Origin: Candidatus Kaiserbacteria bacterium
GTDB taxonomy: Bacteria > Patescibacteriota > Minisyncoccia > Phycocordibacterales > UBA2100
Length of the DNA: 64,000 nucleotides
Direction: 5' to 3'
NCBI GenBank assembly: GCA_027083345.1
Contig: JALWOZ010000030.1
Location: forward strand, 977 to 64,976
Position 1 is the stretch's first letter. The number at the start of each line of letters is the position of its first letter. The notes under the pieces were generated by a model, which did no database searches, had not been told where the DNA came from, and saw only the letters and a list, made by a program, of their open reading frames with translations. A program made the position numbers and the translations under genes. Shown here piece by piece: positions 17,410 to 27,214 of this stretch.

Positions 17410-18090
17410 ATGAATTACAAACGATATTTATGGTCATTCTTAATAACCAGTACTATATTTGCAACTGCAATAGTCATAAGCAATAAACTAAATGAAGCAA
17501 AATTAGGACAAGTACGAGCAATGGAAGATAAAATGAGCATAGACATACTCTCATTAGAAACACAATTTGACCTACTACAAGAGCTATCATGTACACAAAT
17601 AAGTAATAATTCTATACTCTCTAGTGAGTTATCTAACCTTGCTCATAAACTATCTTACATGGAGAGCCAAAGAGGGACGAGTGATGCTGAAGTCATAAGG
17701 TTAAAAAGAAAGTATTCATTACTACAAATAAAAGACTTACTACTAATACAGAAAATATCTGCCAAATGTGGCACAGAACCTACCGTTATACTCTACTTTT
17801 ACTCTAATGCTGGAGATTGTAAAGATTGTACAAAACAAGGCTACGTCTTAACCAAATTAGGAGACGAACATAACTCTCTACGAGTATACTCTTTTGACGC
17901 TAATCTTGATATGACAGCATTGAATACTTTATTAAAAATCCACAACATAGGTAAAACTTACCCCTCACTAGTCATAAATGGAGAAACCTATAAAGGCTTT
18001 AAGAGTTTGGATGAAATACAAAAACTATTACCTCAACTCTCTGATACAGACACTTCTACAAGCTCTAAAAAGGTTGAGCAAGATAGGTAA
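17410..18090 (+). CDS. Membrane-anchored coiled-coil protein with C-terminal thioredoxin/glutaredoxin-like CxxC domain (hypothetical)
   Basis: N-terminal TM (LWSFLITSTIFATAIVI), central heptad-rich region, CKDC motif, glutaredoxin-like VINGETYKGFKSLDEI. Confidence 0.45.
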   Translation: MNYKRYLWSFLITSTIFATAIVISNKLNEAKLGQVRAMEDKMSIDILSLETQFDLLQELSCTQISNNSILSSELSNLAHKLSYMESQRGTSDAEVIRLKRKYSLLQIKDLLLIQKISAKCGTEPTVILYFYSNAGDCKDCTKQGYVLTKLGDEHNSLRVYSFDANLDMTALNTLLKIHNIGKTYPSLVINGETYKGFKSLDEIQKLLPQLSDTDTSTSSKKVEQDR

Positions 18091-18108
18091 TTGAAATAAC
18101 GAACTTTG

Positions 18109-18183
18109 AGCCAGAAATCGGACTCGAACCGATGACCTACCCAACTTAACTAATGCCAAAGCGGTTGCTCTGAGCTATGAGAT
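18109..18183 (-). pseudogene. Degenerate partial copy of tRNA-Thr (3' half retained)
   Basis: Shares about 38 identical nt (plus-strand ctttgagccagaaatcggactcgaaccgatgacctacc, which is the T-arm plus 3' acceptor strand) with the intact tRNA-Thr 94 bp away. The 5' acceptor strand and anticodon stem are not maintained. Confidence 0.5.
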
Positions 18184-18202
18184 TTCGCGTTAGCGTGCTT
18201 TG

Positions 18203-18275
18203 AGCCAGAAATCGGACTCGAACCGATGACCTACCGCTTACAAAGCGGTTGCTCTACCAACTGAGCTATTCTGGC
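18203..18275 (-). tRNA. tRNA-Thr (anticodon TGT)
   Basis: Reverse complement GCCAGAATAGCTCAGTTGGTAGAGCAACCGCTTTGTAAGCGGTAGGTCATCGGTTCGAGTCCGATTTCTGGCT folds as a perfect cloverleaf. Anticodon loop TTTGTAA. Confidence 0.9.
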
Positions 18276-18292
18276 TGATGCGCGTAATACTA

Positions 18293-18700
18293 CTACAATT
18301 TATTATCTTCGGCAACCTTCTCTGTGTCTAATGAGTCTTTGTACTCTTGAACATCTTTTAGATACCCATTCTGCTCTCTTAGTGAATCGCCATTTTGTTT
18401 GGCTACCGCACTTTTATGTGCAACTGATCGTGCTCTCCACTCTATCTTCTTTGCTATACTAGCCGTAATCTTAGCAAACTTATGGGCTAAAATATTATAC
18501 ACATAAGAGACAAGATGCTTGGCGTTCTCTAAATTAATCATATTAATACAAGTCTTCTCTATTTGGATAATCTTATTATCTAACGCCTCACGCCTCTCTC
18601 TGGCAAAGATAACACTATCCTTATGTAACTCTATACTCTTAAGAGTAAATAAAGCTATCACACCCAATAATGCTAATATAAATACAATAAACGACATCAT
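18293..18700 (-). CDS. Small N-terminally membrane-anchored protein (hypothetical)
   Basis: TM helix at residues 3-22, then a charged helical region. Lies downstream of tsf in the same orientation. Confidence 0.45.
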   Translation of the reverse strand: MMSFIVFILALLGVIALFTLKSIELHKDSVIFARERREALDNKIIQIEKTCINMINLENAKHLVSYVYNILAHKFAKITASIAKKIEWRARSVAHKSAVAKQNGDSLREQNGYLKDVQEYKDSLDTEKVAEDNKL

Positions 18701-18728
18701 ATACTGCTATTATAACACAATAGTTAAC

Positions 18729-19298
18729 CTATGCAGAAAATCTTTCCATACGAGTTATCTCCACTCTCTCTCCAAACTTTTGAGTAGCATCTTTTACCAA
18801 CTGCCCTATGGTCTTGTCTGCATCTTTAACAAAAGATTGTTCTGTTAGAACCTTCTCTTTAAGATAAGAATTCATTTTGCCTTCTACTATCTTCTCCCTC
18901 ATGTCCTCTGGTTTATCTTTAGCCTCGTCTATAAAAACTTCTTTGGCAGCTGATATATCCTCCTCTTTAACACTCTCCTTATTTAAAAACATTGGAGCCA
19001 TAGCTGCTACATGCATAGCCATATCATATGCCAAAGATTTAAACTCCTCATTTTTAGCAACAAAGTCTGTCTCACATGAGAGTACCACGACTCCGGCAAC
19101 ACTACCTCCTTGGTGTAAATATACCCCTACAGTACCCGCACCTAAATCTCTATCACCTTTTTTATCTGCTACTTGTGCGCTTATTTTGCGTAAGAGTACC
19201 TTAGCCTTCTCTATATCTCCTCCAGCCTCCTCTAATGCCTTTTTACATTGCATAATAGACACTCCTGTCTCATCTCTTAACTTTTTTATATCATCCAT
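18729..19298 (-). CDS. tsf: Elongation factor Ts (short form)
   Basis: N-terminal UBA-like LRDETGVSIMQCKKALEEAGGDIEKAKVLLR and core EF-Ts dimerisation domain. Directly downstream of rpsB. Confidence 0.9.
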   Translation of the reverse strand: MDDIKKLRDETGVSIMQCKKALEEAGGDIEKAKVLLRKISAQVADKKGDRDLGAGTVGVYLHQGGSVAGVVVLSCETDFVAKNEEFKSLAYDMAMHVAAMAPMFLNKESVKEEDISAAKEVFIDEAKDKPEDMREKIVEGKMNSYLKEKVLTEQSFVKDADKTIGQLVKDATQKFGERVEITRMERFSA

Positions 19299-19312
19299 AA
19301 TACTAATATTAT

Positions 19313-20014
19313 TTACTTAATTGCACTAGCAATCTCTTTAACAAAAAACTCAATGCTCTTTCTAGTTGTGTCGTTAGCCGGTATAGGATATGTAATATTA
19401 GATATATCACAATCATTATTTGCTATAGCTATAACAGGTATACCTAATTGATTAGCCTCAGCTACCCCCTTATTCTCAAATCCCGGATCCACCACAAACA
19501 CCGCCACGGGCAACTTCTTCATAGACAACAATCCGCCAAACTTTTGTTCTAAGTCGGCTATCTCTCTGTCTATCATAAGCCTCTCAAGCTTTGTAAACTT
19601 CTCTAATGCTCCAGACTCCCTATCTGCTATAAGCTTCTCTAATTTGTCTACTCTTTTGCGAATCTCTTTAAAGTTTGTAAGGGTACCTCCTATATAACGA
19701 GTGCATGAATATGGCTGGGCCTTACTCTCTGCTGTGTTACGCATTATATCGCGTGCCTCATTCTTCCCTCCTAAAAATAGTATTTGCCCGTCTGTTTTTG
19801 TGAGCTCAGCCACTGCCTCTTTAGCCTTCTCTAGCATGGCTGCGGTTTTCTCTAGATCAAATATATCGTTCTTGCCTTTTTGCCCGAATATATAGTCAAT
19901 AACACTTGGATGCCTACGACTCCTTGTGTAACTATAATGAGCCCCAGCGTTAAACATATCCTTTATTTTGTCTTTTGTATTTACTGTTGTTGTCATAGCG
20001 CCATATGCTACCAA
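19313..20014 (-). CDS. rpsB: 30S ribosomal protein S2
   Basis: Characteristic S2 segments (HYSYTRSRRHP..., ILFLGGKNEARDIM, LPVAVFVVD). Conserved rpsB-tsf pair. Confidence 0.9.
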   Translation of the reverse strand: MVAYGAMTTTVNTKDKIKDMFNAGAHYSYTRSRRHPSVIDYIFGQKGKNDIFDLEKTAAMLEKAKEAVAELTKTDGQILFLGGKNEARDIMRNTAESKAQPYSCTRYIGGTLTNFKEIRKRVDKLEKLIADRESGALEKFTKLERLMIDREIADLEQKFGGLLSMKKLPVAVFVVDPGFENKGVAEANQLGIPVIAIANNDCDISNITYPIPANDTTRKSIEFFVKEIASAIK

Positions 20015-20456
20015 AAAAGCTCTGCATAAGCAAGTAAAAAATAAAAATATTTAATCCAAGTCAAAACTTGACATCTAACTAAATCTATTGCCTATAATTA
20101 TATTTATGTTAGTATGTTGTCGCCTTGGGTTTGGTCGCACCTTAGGCAATTGTACAAGTCGCGACCGGGAGACCTGCTATAATGAAAAACAAAAGAAAAA
20201 ACTATAGCAGGGAGGCTCCCCACTTTCTCGGGGAAGACTATCTTCTTCTTATAGAAGACGAGGTCCTCAAGAAAGTGGTGGTGTCGTCTATCGTTCATAA
20301 AGAAAACGAAGACGACATCATAGAGCTACTCTTTAAAAAGGGGTACCGACAACAAGACTGGGTATCCCGAGGAGATTGGTGGATTATCACCGTCTCATAA
20401 AGAGATAGCTCTAAAACAGTCAGTTAGTATCTTACATGCTGGCTGTTTTCTTTTGC

Positions 20457-22283
20457 CTACTCTTCTACAAACACAGCTTTTATCCTTCTTACGCCCGCAC
20501 TACTGCTACTCTCTTTTTTGATCTCAAATTTGCCAAATTTACTAATATCTTTAGTATTCTCTACATGTGGGCCACCACAAAGCTCTCTTGAGTACACATT
20601 ACCCTCTGAGTCTACAATCTTATAAACAGTTACAATATCTGGATACTTCTCCCAAAAAGCACCTGTAGCACCGCTTTCTCTAGCCTCTTCTTTAGGCATC
20701 TCTTCTATCTCTACTTTTGCGCCAGCCTGTATTGCACCATTTACAAAATCCTCTACTTTATCTAATACATCTCTCTCTACCTTAGAATCATGAGTAAAGT
20801 CAAAGCGCGCGCGCTCGGCAGTAATGTTACTACCTTTTTGTGTAACATGCTCTCCAAGCTCTTTACGCAAGCCTGCCAGCATAAGGTGTGTAGCTGTGTG
20901 AAAGGCTGTTGTCTTCTCTGAGTGGTCTGCCAAGCCTCCCTTAAACTTCTGCTCTGCTCCAACTCTACTTTGCTCTTTATGCTTATCCATCTCAACTTTA
21001 AAAGCTTTGACGTCTACACTCAAACCCTCCTCATATGCAAGCTCTTGCGTAAGCTCTATAGGGAAGCCGTATGTAGTAAAGAGCACATAAGCATCATGCC
21101 CTGAGACTTCTTTGATCCCTTTTGTCTTCATCTTATTAAACTCCTTTAAGCCCCTCTCAAGAGTCTTCCTAAATTGCTCCTCCTCTGCGAGCACCACAGT
21201 ATTATCTGAGAGCTCACCGGCAGGTACTCCAAGCTTATCTGCGTGTATTATACTTCTGCGAATTAAACGTCTTACAAAGTACCCCTGTTCAGTATTACTT
21301 GGCAATATGTTCTCTGCTATCATTGTCTCAGCTGCGCGAATATGGTCTGCAATGATACGAAAAGACTCCTTATGCTCATCATCTTCATAACTTTTACCTG
21401 ACTTCTCCTCAAGAGGCTTAATAATGTTCTGGAATACGTCTATAGTAAAAACATCTGCACTGTTGTGTACTGCAGCGGTTAATCTCTCTAAACCTCCTCC
21501 ATAATCAATGTTTTTATTCTCTAGCTCAACAAAACTACCATCCTCTAGCTTTTTATACTGCATAAAAACATTATTACCTATCTCTATAAAGCGCCCACAA
21601 TCACAATTAGGATGGCAGTACTCACCAAACACCGGATCATGCTCAACATCTGGAAACTCATAAAACATCTCAGAGTCAGGGCCACCAGGTTCACCAGCAG
21701 GCATATTTGCCGGAACACCGGCCCTGCTCCACCAATTCTTTTTACCATCATAATAAAAGATTCTCTCGCCTTCTCTTATACCTCTAACTCCACCATCACT
21801 CTCACTACCTATGTCAGCTATATCGGCATCTAGACCGACACCATTAAACAACTCTTGCCAAACTCTTGGAGCTTCCTCATCTTTTGGTATGCCGGCCTGA
21901 TCATCGCCACCAAAACATGTTATATACAATCTAGAAGGGTCTAACATAATCTCTTTAGTCAAAAACTCCCACATCCAGCGTATTTGTTCTTCTTTAAAAT
22001 AGTCACCAAAAGACCAGTTACCAAGCATCTCAAAGTGAGTGGTGTGTCTGTTATCTCCCACATCTTCAATATCATCTGCTCTAAAGCACTTTTGAGAATC
22101 TGTAATCCTAGTACCTTGCGGATGCTTAGCCCCTAATAAGTATTGTATCATCGGCTGCATACCAGAACCCGTAAAGAGAGTTGTTGGGTCGTTCTCTGGC
22201 ACTAAAGGACTACTTGGCACTATTGTATGCCCCTTACTCTCCATAAACTTTAAGTACTTCTCTCTTACTTCTGCTGTCTTCAT
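20457..22283 (-). CDS. alaS: Alanine--tRNA ligase, truncated form lacking the C-Ala domain
   Basis: Class II catalytic core (FRADDIEDVGDNRHTTHFEMLGNWSFGDYFK). Editing-domain HxxxH (HTATHLMLAGL) and CGGPHV zinc motif. 608 aa. Confidence 0.9.
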   Translation of the reverse strand: MKTAEVREKYLKFMESKGHTIVPSSPLVPENDPTTLFTGSGMQPMIQYLLGAKHPQGTRITDSQKCFRADDIEDVGDNRHTTHFEMLGNWSFGDYFKEEQIRWMWEFLTKEIMLDPSRLYITCFGGDDQAGIPKDEEAPRVWQELFNGVGLDADIADIGSESDGGVRGIREGERIFYYDGKKNWWSRAGVPANMPAGEPGGPDSEMFYEFPDVEHDPVFGEYCHPNCDCGRFIEIGNNVFMQYKKLEDGSFVELENKNIDYGGGLERLTAAVHNSADVFTIDVFQNIIKPLEEKSGKSYEDDEHKESFRIIADHIRAAETMIAENILPSNTEQGYFVRRLIRRSIIHADKLGVPAGELSDNTVVLAEEEQFRKTLERGLKEFNKMKTKGIKEVSGHDAYVLFTTYGFPIELTQELAYEEGLSVDVKAFKVEMDKHKEQSRVGAEQKFKGGLADHSEKTTAFHTATHLMLAGLRKELGEHVTQKGSNITAERARFDFTHDSKVERDVLDKVEDFVNGAIQAGAKVEIEEMPKEEARESGATGAFWEKYPDIVTVYKIVDSEGNVYSRELCGGPHVENTKDISKFGKFEIKKESSSSAGVRRIKAVFVEE

Positions 22284-22307
22284 AAAGTAGCTATATTATA
22301 CACAAAA

Positions 22308-23087
22308 TTAAACAGTAAGCACCTCTGCGCCTCTTTTGCCTATTATAACAGTGTGTTCAAACTGTGCCGAGTCACTACCATCCAAACTCTCATATGTGTA
22401 ACCGTCTGGCATTGCTTTAATACGGCCTTTACCAGCTATCAATATTGGCTCTATGGCTAGCACCATACCCTCTTTAAGCTCCTCACCCTCTCCTTTGCGA
22501 CCATAATTGGGTACAAACGGCTCCTCATGCACTCTCTGTCCCACACCATGCCCGCCGAGCTCGCGTGGCACAGAGTAACCGTACTTCTCCGCCACGAGCC
22601 CGACCGCGTGGCCGATATCTCCCACGGTGTTACCCGCCTTTGCCACCTTAAGTGCCTCTATGCGCGCCTCTTTAGCGGCATTTAACAGTCTCTGCCTACT
22701 CTCACTAAGCTCACCAACTCCTACTGTTAGGCAAGAGTCTACTATGAGCCCCTTATGATTAAGTAGACAATCTATAGACACCAAGTCGCCCTCCTGCAAT
22801 ACCTTCGGCACCTCATTGGGTATACCGTGCACTATCTCTTGATTCACAGACACGCACAGCGCTGCAGGGTATGGCCTTGGCGAGCCTGAGGGTGTGTAGC
22901 CAAGTGTGGCCGGCGTGTCTCCATACTCTGCTATGCGCCCTCGGGCCCTGTCCTCTAACTCTTGTGTGCTAACGCCAGGCTTAGACATCTCTCCAAGCTC
23001 GCGCAATAAAGCGCCGAGACGTCTACCACCCTCTCTAAGTACCTCCCTTTGTTCTTGCGTCTTTACTATCATAACCACAGTATGCAC
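22308..23087 (-). CDS. map: Methionine aminopeptidase type I
   Basis: Pita-bread fold metal ligands (D in SIDCLLNHKG, D in LTVGVGE, HGVGQRVHEEP, EGMVLAIEP). Confidence 0.9.
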   Translation of the reverse strand: MHTVVMIVKTQEQREVLREGGRRLGALLRELGEMSKPGVSTQELEDRARGRIAEYGDTPATLGYTPSGSPRPYPAALCVSVNQEIVHGIPNEVPKVLQEGDLVSIDCLLNHKGLIVDSCLTVGVGELSESRQRLLNAAKEARIEALKVAKAGNTVGDIGHAVGLVAEKYGYSVPRELGGHGVGQRVHEEPFVPNYGRKGEGEELKEGMVLAIEPILIAGKGRIKAMPDGYTYESLDGSDSAQFEHTVIIGKRGAEVLTV

Positions 23088-23115
23088 TGAGTTAGTATAT
23101 TTGCAATATTATGCA

Positions 23116-23817
23116 CTACTCAGGCAACACAGTAGAGCCCACAGATTCATCTTTAAGCTTGCTTATATCTTGCATGCTCACAACTCTTATAGGTAGGTTA
23201 TTGTCTCTACACATAGCTATGGCAGCCGTATCTGCCACTTTTAAATCTTGTTCTATTACTTCTGACGCTGTTATAGAGTCTATCTTTGTTGCGCTTGGAT
23301 CCTCATCCGGGTCGGCAGTATACACTCCATCTACTCCGTCTTTAGCCATTATGAGAGTTCCACAATTAAGCTCCAGTGCCCTCTGCGCTGCTGTAGTGTC
23401 TGTGGTGAAGTATGGCATACCAGTACCCCCAGCAAACACAACAACACGACCCTTAGCCAAGTGCCTACGAGCCCTCTGAGGCATATAACCCTCACAGATC
23501 TGGGGCATAGCAATAGCAGAGCTCACTCGCACCACTAGCCCTTGCGACTCAAAGTAATCGCGTACCGCAAGGGCATTCTGCACTGTGGCAAGCATGCCGA
23601 TATAATCTCCGGTACTACGACGGATACCAACATTACCTGCAAGCTCTGCTCCACGAAAGAGATTACCCCCTCCAACAACAAGAGCCACCTCATAACCAGC
23701 ATCTTGCACCTCTTTTATTTGCTTTGCTGTGTCTTTAAGTACGCTCTCTGTGTACTTCTCTGTGCCATTACTCAGTGCTCCACCGCTTAATTTTATTAAA
23801 ATCTTATTATTATCCAT
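23116..23817 (-). CDS. pyrH: UMP kinase
   Basis: ILIKLSGGAL, VVGGGNLFRG and amino-acid-kinase fold motifs. Confidence 0.9.
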   Translation of the reverse strand: MDNNKILIKLSGGALSNGTEKYTESVLKDTAKQIKEVQDAGYEVALVVGGGNLFRGAELAGNVGIRRSTGDYIGMLATVQNALAVRDYFESQGLVVRVSSAIAMPQICEGYMPQRARRHLAKGRVVVFAGGTGMPYFTTDTTAAQRALELNCGTLIMAKDGVDGVYTADPDEDPSATKIDSITASEVIEQDLKVADTAAIAMCRDNNLPIRVVSMQDISKLKDESVGSTVLPE

Positions 23818-23844
23818 ATGTTTTAATTTTATCTACAATTAACA

Positions 23845-24447
23845 TTATATATTCAACTTATCTAGAATCTCTTTATGTATGTCCCCCACACTCTCTGCCC
23901 CATTTATATAATACACTTTAGCACCTAATGTCTTCATATACTCTATCGCGGGCAGTGTCTGCTCTGTAAACCATTTTAATCTATTCTTCATACTTATATC
24001 GTTATCATCCACTCTGCCCTCACCTCGTTCAATTGCCCGCTCTCTTGCCAACTCTTTATCTATCTCTAATACAAAAATAGTGTACTCTCTACCCAACCAA
24101 ACCAACATATCATGAAATAACTCTGCCTCTCTTATACTCCTTGCAGCACCGTCAAACACGACATTATGATGCGCTCCCACACTTTTAAGCAATATACCAC
24201 TCCACATATAAGAGGAGACTGCCTGTGGCACAAGATGCCCACTATCAATAGTCTCTTTTATTCGCATCGCTCCGCAAGTCCCAGCTTTTGTAGCATAATC
24301 TCTTAATAACTGACCAGTCTCTATAAAGTGAGTATTGTTTATCTCTTGCAATTTCTTTACTAACAATTTAGCTTGAGTACCTTTGCCCGCGCCACTCATA
24401 CCATAAAAGAGTACTGTCTTAGGGGTATCGCTTATATTATTAAACAT
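23845..24447 (-). CDS. adk: Adenylate kinase
   Basis: P-loop GMSGAGKGTQA (the GxxGxGKGTQ adenylate kinase signature). 200 aa. Confidence 0.8.
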   Translation of the reverse strand: MFNNISDTPKTVLFYGMSGAGKGTQAKLLVKKLQEINNTHFIETGQLLRDYATKAGTCGAMRIKETIDSGHLVPQAVSSYMWSGILLKSVGAHHNVVFDGAARSIREAELFHDMLVWLGREYTIFVLEIDKELARERAIERGEGRVDDNDISMKNRLKWFTEQTLPAIEYMKTLGAKVYYINGAESVGDIHKEILDKLNI

Positions 24448-25009
24448 AGTCTTCTTTTTTTAAAATTAATATTATTTTGTCTACTGTCTCATTAAGTTTA
24501 CCATCCGGATTCTTAATCTTATAATCACTTATAAGCTCCAATTCCTCCAACTCTGCATCTACTAAATTCAAACGCTCGTCAAGCTCTACCTCAGACACTC
24601 CAGAGCGGTGGGTAATCCTGTTTTTTAAATCTTCTTTGGAGTTGGGAGTCAAGAGTATTACTATGGTATTAAAATGTTCTTTAAAATATTTTATACCTTC
24701 TGTTTGCATTTGAGCCACCAATACAGTATTACTATCTTTTTTACTATCTAAATCTGGCAAATATGTACCGTAGTATCTATCTGTCTCTTTTGCATGCCAA
24801 TACTCAGGGATACTACCCTCTGCAACTCTTTTTAAAAACTCCTGCTTTGTAATGAAATAATAATCCTCACCTTCTCTCTCACCTTCTCTCTTTTCACGAG
24901 TTGTTGCGGTTACCAACCTTGTACAACTTGCACATCTCTCTAATAATTTGCGTATTATTGTATTCTTCCCAGTACCACTAGGACCTGCAATAATCAAAAC
25001 TTTAAGCAT
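24440..25009 (-). CDS. gmk: Guanylate kinase
   Basis: GPSGTGKNT P-loop and TTREKREGEREGEDYYF (the TTRxxRxGExdGxdYxF signature). Overlaps the adk start by 8 nt. Confidence 0.85.
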   Translation of the reverse strand: MLKVLIIAGPSGTGKNTIIRKLLERCASCTRLVTATTREKREGEREGEDYYFITKQEFLKRVAEGSIPEYWHAKETDRYYGTYLPDLDSKKDSNTVLVAQMQTEGIKYFKEHFNTIVILLTPNSKEDLKNRITHRSGVSEVELDERLNLVDAELEELELISDYKIKNPDGKLNETVDKIILILKKEDYV

Positions 25010-25035
25010 ATTACAACATTAATTACTGCAGATAA

Positions 25036-25647
25036 TTATAGCACGGTACTAAAAAAGTAATACCACCACGCCACTACCTCTCGAAATATAAAGTAAGGTT
25101 CGCGAGAGTACCGAGCTGAAAGCCCATCAGAACCAGAACCCCTACCATACTTAGCAGAGTGTAATGAGAAGCCGTTTTTAGACAAGCCAGCTCTTTGGGC
25201 TAATAATCCTATCCTAGCTAAATGAAAGTCATTAGAAACAAGTATGTAAGATCTGGTAGGATCTAGATGATTTATTGTCGCCCTTGTGTCTACCCCATCT
25301 CTATCTAACTCAATCACATTAATAGGCACCTTCTCTTTAAGTAAAATATCTGTCATCATGTCTACCTCATGTGCCCCATATATAGAGTTAGCGCCAGATA
25401 AGACTATGCAATTCACTAGTCCATCTTTATATAAATCTGCCCCCGAGAGAGTTCTGTCTGTAAGAGCGTGGCTAGGTACCGGGCCATAATACCCTGGCCA
25501 AACTGCTGCTCCAAATACAACAGCGCAGTCTTTAGGCTCGTAAGCTTGATGCGAATAAAAAGAAAATATGTGTAATACAGTCAATACAAAGATAATAATC
25601 ACACCCACCCCAAACCAAAGAGCTTTTTTATATAAATATTTAATCAT
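25036..25647 (-). CDS. DUF218 (SanA/YdcF-like) membrane-anchored protein
   Basis: N-terminal TM, then a DUF218-like core (CAVVFGAAVWPG...ILVSNDFHLARIGLLAQRAG). Confidence 0.7.
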   Translation of the reverse strand: MIKYLYKKALWFGVGVIIIFVLTVLHIFSFYSHQAYEPKDCAVVFGAAVWPGYYGPVPSHALTDRTLSGADLYKDGLVNCIVLSGANSIYGAHEVDMMTDILLKEKVPINVIELDRDGVDTRATINHLDPTRSYILVSNDFHLARIGLLAQRAGLSKNGFSLHSAKYGRGSGSDGLSARYSREPYFIFREVVAWWYYFFSTVL

Positions 25648-25672
25648 AATACAAGACTACAACATTGTAACC

Positions 25673-27199
25673 TCAAATACCAGACACCCAACGTCGCAAG
25701 CGAGTATATACGGTGTCTTTCTTAAGTATTGGGACGCTCATTTGCAATGCCTCTGTCTTACCCATAGAAGTCTCAGCTATCACATTGCCATATTGGTTGA
25801 GTATAAAAGCAGGAGCCTTATTGGTTGATTGTACAAACCACCTACCACTCTCCACCGCACGAACCTTAGCTATACGTTGCATTTGCATATATACAACCGG
25901 AGAACTGTGGAACCAACTCAAAGAAGAAATATTAATCAGTAATTTAGAACCTTTTAATACATCATCATTGTAGAGAATTGGGCTCATTGCCTCTCCACAA
26001 AATCTGGTAGACACCATCGCTCCACCCACCTGACCGATTACGGAGGCATCACCAGGTACATAATCTCGCACACTTTGCACTACGTCAACGAGACGTCCAA
26101 ACCCAAATATGCGCATTAATGCTATATACACATTTGGTAAATACTCCCCAAGAGGTAATAGAAATTGCTTATAGCCCTCAGTAATATCTTTGCCGTCTTT
26201 ATAATATGCAACTCGAGACAAAGATCGTCCATCCTTATTATACACCTTACTTGAATCTACTATGACGGGTGAGCGCCCGTTTACACCAATACTCTTCAGC
26301 TCGTCTATCATACTAATGTTTAGGGTATCTACAGACTTAAAAAAGGCTGTCTCCTCTGGCAGTATAAGTAAATCTACATTGCGTAATGACTTTATAGTAT
26401 TATATATCTCATCAATATACTTCTTTTCTGTTTCTTGAGTTATGTAAAGCATTGGGGGTCTCTGGCGACTCACTACCGCTAAAGACACTCTTTGCTGTCC
26501 CTCATATGAGGTACTCAATATCTTACCTCCGGCAATTAACATATGAATTACTAACCAGATGGACACACACATAACAAAGACTATACGATATATCTTTTTT
26601 CTGTAAGCTTTTGTATATATACACTTATATATAAGTACACCAAAAAACACTGCAATAAAACTTAGCGCAAAAACTCCTCCAATAGAAGATATTTGTAATA
26701 AAACTTTATCATCAGCAATTAAATAACCAATCCACCCTAAAGAAAAATGTGGGCCAAAATACGACCCAGATCCAAACCAAAACACATAAGACAATAAAGC
26801 GCCAACAAATTCTGACACGACCCAAATAATTGGCAATACTATCAAGTCTCTCCATGAGTCTGTATAAAATAAGTTAAATAAAAACCCAGCAAAGACGAAT
26901 CCTATAGATGCAACTCCTGCAGAAATAACCAAGCTTATACCTACTAACAACATCTGTACAATATCATTTGTGATGCCATACCAATCAAGAGGTAATACAC
27001 TCAAAAATATAGCACCAAGAGCAAAGAGCCACGAGATAATACCAACCACAAAAGATGAGAGGACGACTCTCCTCCTACTCTCTGCCTTTACAACAATTCC
27101 AACAAATATTGCGATACCAATAAAAGATATAGGCCACAGACAAGGAACAACAAAGCCTATGCCCACAGCGAGACCGGAGGCAACTGAGCGTAAAAACAT
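25673..27199 (-). CDS. lnt: Apolipoprotein N-acyltransferase-like protein (multi-TM N-domain plus CN-hydrolase domain)
   Basis: About 7 TM helices, then a nitrilase-superfamily domain with candidate catalytic Glu (LLILPEETAF), Lys and Cys (TRFCGEAM). Size and domain order match Lnt. Confidence 0.7.
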   Translation of the reverse strand: MFLRSVASGLAVGIGFVVPCLWPISFIGIAIFVGIVVKAESRRRVVLSSFVVGIISWLFALGAIFLSVLPLDWYGITNDIVQMLLVGISLVISAGVASIGFVFAGFLFNLFYTDSWRDLIVLPIIWVVSEFVGALLSYVFWFGSGSYFGPHFSLGWIGYLIADDKVLLQISSIGGVFALSFIAVFFGVLIYKCIYTKAYRKKIYRIVFVMCVSIWLVIHMLIAGGKILSTSYEGQQRVSLAVVSRQRPPMLYITQETEKKYIDEIYNTIKSLRNVDLLILPEETAFFKSVDTLNISMIDELKSIGVNGRSPVIVDSSKVYNKDGRSLSRVAYYKDGKDITEGYKQFLLPLGEYLPNVYIALMRIFGFGRLVDVVQSVRDYVPGDASVIGQVGGAMVSTRFCGEAMSPILYNDDVLKGSKLLINISSLSWFHSSPVVYMQMQRIAKVRAVESGRWFVQSTNKAPAFILNQYGNVIAETSMGKTEALQMSVPILKKDTVYTRLRRWVSGI

Positions 27200-27214
27200 A
27201 ATATTTTAGTAATA

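Noticed and set aside
20100-20456. RNase P RNA or tmRNA in the alaS-rpsB spacer
   Set aside because: Neither the P4 core (AGGAAAGUCCGGGCUCC / ACAGAAnCCGGCUUA) nor a tRNA-like 3' end with a tag-peptide frame could be found on either strand.
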